Of a stretch of 64,000 nt of DNA, positions 39,495-49,133 are shown piece after piece. Every line of letters begins with the position of its first letter. Position 1 is the stretch's first letter. Source of the stretch: Mobula hypostoma (lineage: Eukaryota); assembly GCF_963921235.1 (NCBI RefSeq), contig NC_086097.1, positions 67,580,001 to 67,644,000 of the forward strand, in the 5' to 3' direction. A model generated the notes under the pieces. The model saw nothing but the letters and a program-made list of their open reading frames with translations, did no database searches and was not told the origin of the DNA. The position numbers and the translations under genes are program-made.

Positions 39495-40092
39495 TATTAA
39501 CAGCTTAAAGTTCATTTCATTAACACACATTTTAAAATGTCAGTAACATGCAAACATTAATGACATCCAGTCACCCTGGTATATTAATGAAAGAGATTTC
39601 ATACAATTAATCTCACTATTTAGATAATAGGCACTCAGTTTTAGGAGATTTCAACATCTGCCATCATTTTTGGAAGACATTTCCTTTACTGGCAGTGATC
39701 GGAGGACAGCTGACAGAATAGTCCCTTTGTTACTTTTCAGGTAGACTATTCAATATTGGTTGAATTAGGCGATGCAGCCAGGAATACTTGCTCAACTGTC
39801 ACATGAGCAGCCAAAAGAGCCCTTATAATAATACTCAACCATTTCCAATGGTAGCAGCTAGCAGTTTCTGCTATTCTGCTTTATTTATATCAGAAGATAG
39901 ATTTGTCAATAGAGGCACCCTCACAACATTTGTGTTGCACTCCGGTGCTTGAACATTGGAAGGACAACTCTACAGGAGTCAAATATGTAGCGTTTTTACT
40001 TGTTTAGTTAGAAACTGCAATAAGGAATTTGATAATCTGGTATGGGTATTGCTCTACATTAGTGGAAGTTCTACATATATTATCAAAGCTAC

Positions 40093-40195
40093 ATACATCA
40101 AAGTTGCTGGTGAACGCAGCAGGCCAAGCAGCATCTATAGGAAGAGGCGCAGTCGACGTTTCAGGCCGAGACCCTTCGTCAGGACTAACTGAAGG
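40093..40195 (-). mobile_element. Young 103-bp Penelope pLTR insertion
   Basis: Perfect 11-bp TSD ATCAAAGCTAC (40082-40092, 40196-40206); near-identical to the pLTR at about 59735-59840. Confidence 0.9.
40150..40187 (-). ncRNA. Minimal type I hammerhead ribozyme motif (Penelope-associated)
   Basis: uaguc CUGACGA agggucucggccu GAAA cg UC^ gacug: intact core, 5-bp stem I, 3-bp stem II, loopless palindromic stem III (ACGU). Confidence 0.75.
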
Positions 40196-40616
40196 ATCAA
40201 AGCTACCTGTTTTGTGGGAGTGCACTGAGAGATGAGCCCTTTGAGGCCACAAACAAAATGATAGATGTGACGGCAAATGCTCAGGAAGGAATAATATGGA
40301 CTTGTGAGCTTTTAAACTGCAGAATCCTTAAATATTAACTGCTTGATTTACATTCAAGGCTCTCAGCAAAATCCCTATAAGAGATTGTGAAGGGTTCCCT
40401 CTATCAGGCTCTTTGATGTAAAAAAGGGACATAAATGCCACAACTCATCATGATATCAAATGAATTCCTGCAACACTGGACTGAATTTGCCTCATAGATA
40501 CCGGCAGTTTTCTAGAGAATATTTGACAATTATCCTGGAAAATGCATGTCAGGACTTTGGCCCTTATACATGCAAACCCAGAAGATTCTAATTTGCAGAG
40601 GAATAAATCTGTTAAT

Positions 40617-41160
40617 GTCATAAGACATAGGAGCAGAATTAGGCCATTTGGCCCATAAAGTCTGCTCTGCTATTTCATCACACTGATTTATTTTCCCTTT
40701 CAAACCCATTTTCCTGCCTTCGCCCTGTAACCTTTGACACCCTTACCAATCAAAAACCTATCAACCTTTGCTTTAAATATACTCAATGTCCTGGCCTCCA
40801 CAGCTGTCTGTGGCAATGGTACACCACCCTCTGGCTAAAGAAATTCCTCCTCATCTCTGTTCTAAAGGGACATCCTTCTATTCTGAGGCTGTGCCCTCTG
40901 GTTATACAATCTTCCACTATTGAAAATATCCTCTCCACATCCACTCCATCTAAACCTTTCAATATTTGATTTCCTCCTGCCCCCGCCCCCCCATACTTCT
41001 AAACACCAGCGAGTACAGGCTCAGGGGCATTAAACGCTCCTTATACATTAACCATTTCATTCCCAGGATCATTCTCATAAACCTCCTCTGCATACTCTCT
41101 GGTGGCAGCACACCCTTCCTTAGATTTGGGGCCCAAAACTGCTGACAATACTCCCACATG
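40617..41160 (-). mobile_element. CR1 LINE 3' end
   Basis: EYCQQFWAPNLRKGVL..ESMQRRFMRMILGMK..YKERL; tail cataagacatagg. Confidence 0.88.
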
Positions 41161-42167
41161 GAGAGTGACTCCCACATCCAAGTGGCACAATACTAGCTAC
41201 TTAAAGTTAATCAGAAGTGCATGAACTTGCTGAGATTTCAGTACTGAGGAATCTGGTCACAGAACTGGAACCAGCTTCAACCTGATACAAGATGCACCAA
41301 ATCCATTCATCGGAATTTTTTAAAATAGCTAGAAAGAAAGACAAAAAAATAAGTTATATTCTTAAATTAATAATACTTAGATTAGTGTTTAAATCACTTA
41401 AATGTTTTAGGGTTTTAAAATTTTTATTTATTTCATGTTTATTATTTCCAGAATGCTCTAAATGCCAGGGATGATTCTGGCTTGACTGTAGGAATCAGCT
41501 ACTTTGCAAGTCCACGTCAATCAGGAGGTCCAAGGGGCTCTCAACCAGCAAGCTCAGTCTTATGGGTCTGAATGAGAATGGTATTGGCAAGTACAAGCAA
41601 CAGGCTCCACTTGGCAAAATCCAGGTCATTAAGTTTATCTACTTTCAATGCTCTGTAACCTACAGTGGTATTGTGGAGTTTAGCAGCTGGCATCCTAGTA
41701 ATTGCACTGCAGAATTACATATAGTCCGGGTCAAACTTCAGAAATTGATAGGATTAACTTTACTTGTTTAAGAATAATCAAACTGATGTGCAGACAACTA
41801 AACAAATAGTGAAAGGCACCTGTAGGTAGCTGGTGTCTTTACAAATACAAATGATCTGTCATACTTGCAACATCAGCCTATTAATTCTTAATCTTTTCCT
41901 GTCAATGTTATGATACGTCCCAGAGGATGCAGTACATTGTAGCATACTCAAATGTATGCTTCTGGTAAACAGAGATAGCAGTACCCTTTGACTTGTATTT
42001 ACATGTTTTGCATTATATATTTATTAATTTGTTTTGAAATATTTATCAACCATAAATAATGACAGTGCTAATAAATTGTAGGAAGAATACACAAACAATA
42101 TGGATAAAAAATAGAATTTGAGACTGGCAGAAATGGCTAATGCTGGTTTTAATTTCACAAGCAATAC

Positions 42168-42283
42168 CTGAGTTTTCTTTAGAGTCAGATTCAGAGTCAG
42201 AAGTCTCAGACGATTCGGACGTTTTTTCGGGAAGATTAGGAAGCTGTGCAATATCCATTGGGATGTCCTTATACTCGAAGTCA
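42168..42283 (-). CDS. NPAS3: NPAS3 penultimate coding exon (116 bp)
   Basis: tccctag|T GAC TTC GAG TAT AAG... encodes (S)[38 protein letters not shown]; donor TCAG|gtattg. Enters phase 2, exits phase 1, matching both neighbours. Confidence 0.96.
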
Positions 42284-42341
42284 CTAGGGAAACAACATTC
42301 ACATTAGATTCTGCATATCTGTACCCATTGCCACTTGACAT

Positions 42342-43414
42342 TAAAAAGGAAGAACTATAACTCATTCTTCAAAACATTAAAGGATTCAGCTGCAGACAAA
42401 TTAATATTTTGACTGCAGCCATTTCAACATTAGTATCACTATTTCCTTCTGATCAACTATTAGATGGCATCAAATTTTTAAAAAAGGACAATTTCATTCC
42501 TGTGACAAGATTGTGAAATGCTGTTACTTTGAACATTAACTGTTTCTTTCTTTACGAATGCTGCCCAACTTGCTATTTCCAGCATTTCCTATTTTTAATT
42601 CAGCTTTCAAACATATGCTATTTTCATTTGCTTTTATACTTTTGTTCAGATATTCACTTCATCACGATCTTCCCATCATTTGTTATAAGTAATTTCACAT
42701 TTTTAAATGCTGTAGCCCACATAATGAAGTCCACATCAGGACTTTTGAGGTACCTTCTCAGGAAACAGTTTATCTTTATTCTTTAACTTGCAAGCAAGTA
42801 AATGGTAGGGAATTACTTCATCCAAGCCAAACCAGGTAAAATTTAAAAGCAAAACATTACCAATTCTGCAAGTCTGAGATAAAAATATAAAATGATGGGA
42901 ATAATCAACCAAGCAGCATTTGAGTGGAGAAAAATAGAACTAACATTTCAGAATAATAGTTGGCAAGTTGTGAAGGCAATGGTAACTATAAGTTCATCTC
43001 TGTAACATCAAACCAGTTTTCAGCAGACTTAAGTAAAATTAGTTAAAGGGCATCCAGAGATAGAACAGGGACAAATGAAGATGGTTGTGATGGTTGGAAA
43101 CCAATCATAGATTTCCACCAACTAGAAATTCAAAAGCAAATTCCCATCAGACCACATATCATCCTGCCTTGATGTAGGCTGCTTTTCCACCATTGACACT
43201 GGGTCAAAATCCGAGAACTTCCAAGAATTATGGGTTATTTCACGGTTTTGTCATAGGAATGAAATTGTTCTTCTTTAAAAATTTGATGACATCTAATGGT
43301 TGATCAGAAGGAAATAGTGATACTAATGTTGAAATGGCTGCAGTCAAAATATTAATTTGTCTGCAGCTAAATGCTTTAATGTTTTGAAGAATGAGTTATA
43401 GTTCTTCCTTTTTA
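42342..43414. repeat. Inverted repeat pair of about 167 bp (42342-42508 and 43248-43414)
   Basis: taaaaaggaagaactataactcattcttc...cattcctgtgacaa is the reverse complement of ttgtcataggaatg...gagttatagttcttccttttta, with scattered mismatches. Confidence 0.93.
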
Positions 43415-45501
43415 TAGGTCATGGGTTATAGTTTCTGGCAGAAGTTAAATAAAACAGGACTAACAATTATGAATGTTCATTATGTGATCAGTTTGGCCAG
43501 CAATTCCCACACCTCTAACAAAGAGAAAACCCTGAGAAAAGCCACAATCTGGTTTTCTGAATAAGACTTGGTTGCCACATCCATGCAAAGCTGAGTGAGG
43601 AGAAACTTCTGTAACCAATATTTAAATAGATGGAAGCCATGTACCATGCACTATTATGGTAAAAACATCATAATGACCACGTTGTTTAGTTACCTTTTCC
43701 ACATTGGCAATGTAGTTACTAATGCTGGCAAATTAGTTACTGTTGTTATGCTTCTCCATTTTTCTTCTTACTAACTATATATCCTTCAATGTTTTCATAA
43801 TACTTTGGATCTACACCAATGATATCACACAATGCCCTCCTTCTCAAAGTTCAACTTTCACAACTTTGCTCTTGAAACATGGTGAAGAAGACAAAGTCAC
43901 AAGGGTTTTAATGCTGAGGTGAGGCAGTCAAGGATAGTTGGAAAAGGAAGAAAACCAGATAAATTCTGAGGGATAGGACAGGGAACGTGCTTTGTTGTCA
44001 TTGGGGGGAGAACCTGCTGAAGGGATAAGCGAAAGATTGAGAAACCCTGTTTGAGAACAATGACATTTTTCACTGTATCAGAAGCAGGTAGGATGGTTAG
44101 CCTTGAGGTCATCAGATTATTGAATTGGGTGGGCCCTTCATTATTGCATTGTCTAACACCAACATACATACTTATTTGTAAATGTCTGATGTCTATCACT
44201 CATTGTCATAAGTTGGAACACTTAAAAGGAAGAGGTAAATGTGGTTAACAGAGCTTGAAAGTACCAAGTCCATCTCATCAAGTGCACATTTTCATCTGTG
44301 GGTGACAGTGTACTGAAGGAAATAGCAAATGGCGCATTCTTTCATAAACACGAAGAGTATGGGAATGTATCATTACAAGCATCAGTTAAATAATAGTTCA
44401 ATATTTCCTGGGTATTCATTTTCTGCTCATTTACAGCAGTTTACTCCACTTGAAGCAACAGTCCTCTAAAGCAAATTTACTCTCAGTTAACATGCTCAGT
44501 TTCAGGAGTAATAAATGAAAATTCTATTATAATCATTTCATCAAAAGAATCAGTTTTTTTTAAACTCATGTGGGAATGCTGAATGTCAGAACAAAATCAA
44601 TCCGCTGCTGCAGATTTATGTGTTATTCCTTCTGTTAGATATCATTTTGGATTTTACCCAAGACAATTCTGCTCCTTCTACAAACGTACTATCCTTCATG
44701 AATTACTCCAAAGCCATTTAAATATTCTAATCCAGAAGAGTTTCTCTGTTGCAGTTCATGGTCATCTCAAGGTTAAAATCCACTTGCAATGTATTTCCCA
44801 AATGCTTTTTAATAAATTACAATAGCATCTACATTTCTAAAGTAATTAATTTGCTGAGAGATTCAATGGGGAGATCTTGGGATCACAATAGATGATACAT
44901 AAATGCAATGATTATTGCTTTGCTTCTGAACTAGCACAAACAACAAATGCATTTTAATACAAAATTATTTACTGTGTTCTTCCTATTACCATATAATATA
45001 TTTTTATCTATTTAAATAAAGGAAAGCATGAATAACACAACAATAAAAGGCAATATGGAATGTCCCCATTAATGCTGTCCTCACCTGTATCTCCTCCATT
45101 TCCCGGACATCCGCACTCACCCCCATCTTCCCGTTGTCTTACCAGGGATAGAGTTCCTCTTATCCTCACTTACCACTCAGCATCCAGCACATCATTCTCT
45201 GCCATCTTCAACAGGACCCTACCACCAACATACCCTTACCTTCCCCCCCATTGTAAACCATATATATGTTGTAACTGGGTTAATTGTCTGGACACGCCCC
45301 TCTGCTGAATGCCCCGTGGCTCCTCCCACAGTTCCTGAATAAAGGTGATTTCGCCCTGCTCCTCCCCCTCAGTCCGGGGGCAGACACTCACCATGGAGGT
45401 CGTATTGTACAGAGAATAAAAGCCTTTCAGTATTTTACCCAACTTCAGTCTTTTGGAGTTATTGAAGGTGCTTCAATTTTATTCGCTATAAATTTTAAAG
45501 C

Positions 45502-46444
45502 ATGGAACATTCACTGAGACCCGACAAGTTAGTCCTCGATCCGCAAATGCCTGAAGCTGGAAACGCTTTCAAATTCTGGCTGGCCTGCTTTGAAGCGTAC
45601 CTAGAGGAGATTAGAGCGACTGACCCCGTAGCGAAGCACAGAGGTCTACTCTCCAGGGTCAGTCCACGGGTCTATTCGCTGATCAGAGACCAGCCGAGCT
45701 ACGACGGTGCGATGAGCGCACTCAAAGGACAATACCTGTGGCCGATAAACAGCGTCTACGCGCGACATCACTTAGCGACATGGCAACAAAGGCCCAGGGA
45801 ATCAAGTGCCGAGTTCGTCCAGGCCCTACAGACGCTCGTGCGAGCCTGCAATTGCCAGGAGCTGACGGCGGTGCAGCAAGCAGAACTCCTAGTGAGGGAC
45901 GCCTTCATCACGGGGACCAGGTCAGTGTATGTGCGCCAGCGGCTGCTGGAAAAAGCTGACCTTACTTTACGTTCGGCGATCGAGCTGGCCGATACGCTGG
46001 AGGCCGCTCTGCACAACTCTGAGGCTCTCCAGGCATGCGATTCCCCTGATGGCCTCATGGGCACTGCAGACCCCGCAACCCGCCGGCGAATCGACCACGG
46101 CTGCTGCCAGTCGTGAGTCCGCGAAGTGCTACTTCTGTGGACCTGAGAAGCACCCCCGGAAGCACTGCGCGGCCCGACAAGCTACCTGCTCCAGCTGCGG
46201 AAAGAAGGGCCACTTCGCCAAGGTCTGTAAGTCGAAACCGCGAGCGGGATCTAGCAGCGCCGCGTGCGAGACATGGGGGTCACCATCGTGCCTGCTGCCA
46301 TCTTCCCTGCACACCGCCACCACGTGCGAGACATGGGGCGGCCATCTTGGTCGGCGCCACCTCCCACCGCCTACGACCAACGGGTGCTCACGGGGCACCC
46401 CACCACGCCGGACCAAGACAGCGAACCCACCCTGGCTTCCGTGA
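45502..46444 (+). pseudogene. gag: Gypsy gag (frameshifted near 46060-46110) with two CCHC zinc knuckles
   Basis: ORF 45502-46116 (LRPDKLVLDPQ..FWLACFEAYL..RQRLLE) continues in the frame of ORF 45929-46444: CYFCGPEKHPRKHC and CSSCGKKGHFAKVC. Confidence 0.88.
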
Positions 46445-49133
46445 CCCTCGACCAAAGCGCTCCCCACCAGCTCGCAAGGTCAATGATGGACATCCTGGTG
46501 GAGGGGCACAGGACGAGCTGCCTGTTTGACACAGGCAGCACGGAGAGTTTTATCCAACCGGACACGGTACAGCATTGTGGACTCGTGATACGGCCGGTAA
46601 GTCAGAGGGTCACCATGGCTTCCGGGTTGCATACAACAGACATCCGGAGGGGTTGGCTAGCGACACCAGTGGTGCAGGGCACAGAATATCGAGACTTTAC
46701 GTTACTGGTCATGCCTCAACTGTGTGCCCCTGTGCCATGGGGGCTCGACTTCCAGAGCCACCTGAAAAGCGTGACAATGAAGTATGATGGGCCCCTCCCA
46801 CCAATTACTGTCGTAAATCCCCAGTTTTGTAGGAATACGTCACATACCCCGCTACTGACCACCCACACACACGGACCCGCACATCCCACCCAACACAATA
46901 CCAACTGCCGCACTACCGACGCCACTTGCGGCCTCTCCACCCTCAGGATCCCTCCCCCACCGCTGTTCGCCAACCTGACCCCCGACTGTAAACCCATGGC
47001 AACTAAAAGCAGGAGGTACAGCGTGGGGGACAGAGCTTTCATTAAGTCGGAGGTGCAGCGGCTGCTCAGGGAGGGGGTCATTGAGGTAAGCACAAGTCCT
47101 TGGAGGGCGCAGGTGGTCGTTGTTCAGAACAGGGAGAAGAATAGGATGGTCGTGGACTATAGCCAGACCATCAATAGGTTCACGCAGCTCGACGCGTACC
47201 CTCTACCCCGCATCGCGGATATGGTCAACCAGATAGCACAGTACAAGGTGTACTCGACCACAGACCTAAAATCCGCTTACCATCAGCTCCCCATCCGCCG
47301 GGAGGACCGCCCTTACACTGCCTTCGAGGCGGACGGCAGGCTTTATCAATTCCTGCGCGTCCCCTTCGGTGTCACGAATGGTGTATCTGTCTTCCAGAGG
47401 GCAATGGACCGGATGGTGGACCAGTGCCAACTGAAGGCCACGTTCCCATATCTGGATAACATCACCATCTGTAGTCACGACCGGCAGGATCACAACAACA
47501 ACTTCCAAAAATTTCTCCAAGCGGCCAAAGCTTTCAACCTCACCTACAACAAGGACAAGTTTGTATTCGGGACCACCCGACTTGCTATCCTTGGGTGTGT
47601 TGTGGGGGCCCTTGGGTGTGTCGTGGAGAATGGAGTCATTGGCCCTGACCCCGACCGTATGCGCCCCCTGTTGCAACTCCCTCTTCCCAACACCCTCAGA
47701 GCCCTCAAAAGGTGCCTGGGCTTCTTTTCATATTACGCCCAATGGGTCTCTAACTACGCAGACAAGGCCTGCCCCCTGGTCAAGTCCACCACATTCTCCC
47801 TCTCAGACGAGGTCCGCGCGGCCTTCAGCCGCATAAAAGGAGACATTGCCAAAGCAGCAATGCATGCGGTGGATGAGGGCATTCCCTTCCAAGTAGAGAG
47901 TGACGCCTCCGACTTTGAGCTGGCTGCTACCCTCAACCAGGCGGGAAGACCGGTGGCGTTCTTCTCTCGTACGCTTCAAGGCCCTGAAATTTGGCACTCC
48001 ACAGTGGAGAAAGAGGCCCAGGCCATAGTGGAAGCTATTAGGCACTGGAGGCACTATCTCGCCGGCAAAAGGTTCACCCTGCTTACTGACCAGCACTCAG
48101 TCACATTCACGTTTAGTAACCAACAGCGGGGCAAAATTAAAAATGATAAAATTCTGAGGTGGAGAATCGAACTCTCCACCTACAACTATGACATCATGTA
48201 CAGGCCTGGGAAGCTCAACGAACCCTCCGATGCCCTATCCCAAGGAACGTGCGCCAGCGCGCAGATCGACCGGCTATACACCCTACATGTAGATCTTTGC
48301 CACCCGGGGGTCACCCGGCTTTTCCACTTCGTGAAAGCCGGGAACCTGCCTTACTCCCTTGAGGAGATCGGACGATGACCAGGGATTGCTAAGTCTGCGC
48401 AGAGTGCAAACCGCACTTCTACCGACCCGAAAAGGCATCACTCATCAAGGCCACCTGCCCCTTTGAGCGACTGAGTATTGACTTTAAGGGTCCCCTTCCC
48501 TCCACCGACCGCAATGTGTACTTTCTTAACGTAATTGACGAGTACTCGTGGTTCCCCTTCGCCATCCCCTGCCCCGACACCACTACCATGTCAGTTATAA
48601 AAGCCCTGCGCAAGCTCTTCACTCTGTTCGGATACCCATGCTATATCCACAGTGACAGAGGGTCCTCATTTATGAGTGACGAGCTGCGCCAATATCTACT
48701 GGCTAGGGGAATTGCAACTAGTAGGACCACGAGCTATAATCCCCGGGGGAATGGACAGGTGGAGAAGGAGAATGGCACAGTGTGGAAAGCCACACTCTTA
48801 GCCCTCAGGTCAAAGGGACTGCCGGTCTCCCACTGGCAGGAGGTCCTTCCCGAGGCACTCCACTCCATCCGCTCCCTGTTATGCACGGCCACCAATGCCA
48901 CCCCTCATGAGCGGCTCTTTTCTTTTCCCAGAAAGTTGACCACCGGGACCACCCTACCAACTTGGCTGATGTCCCTGGGGCCAGTGCTGCTCCGGAAACA
49001 TGCGAGGAGCAATAAATACTCCCCGATAGTCGAGAGAGTTCACTTACTTCATGCGAACCCTCAGTATGCCTACGTGGTTTTACCTGATGGGCGGGAGGAG
49101 CACCGGGCCCCTACCCTGAACACTCCGTGGTGA
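46264..49133 (+). pseudogene. pol: Gypsy pol: protease, RT, RNase H, integrase (disrupted near 48375-48395)
   Basis: LFDTGSTESF; SPWRAQVVV, RVPFGVTN, YLDN; ESDASD..EKEAQAI..TDQH; HHCC (HVDLCH..C*VC); DDE core IDFKGP, HSDRG, GQVEKEN. Confidence 0.95.

Noticed and set aside
42150-42167. Alternative donor 9 nt into the intron giving an SGIA extension
   Set aside because: Using GCTT|gtgaaa would join T to AG and create an in-frame TAG.
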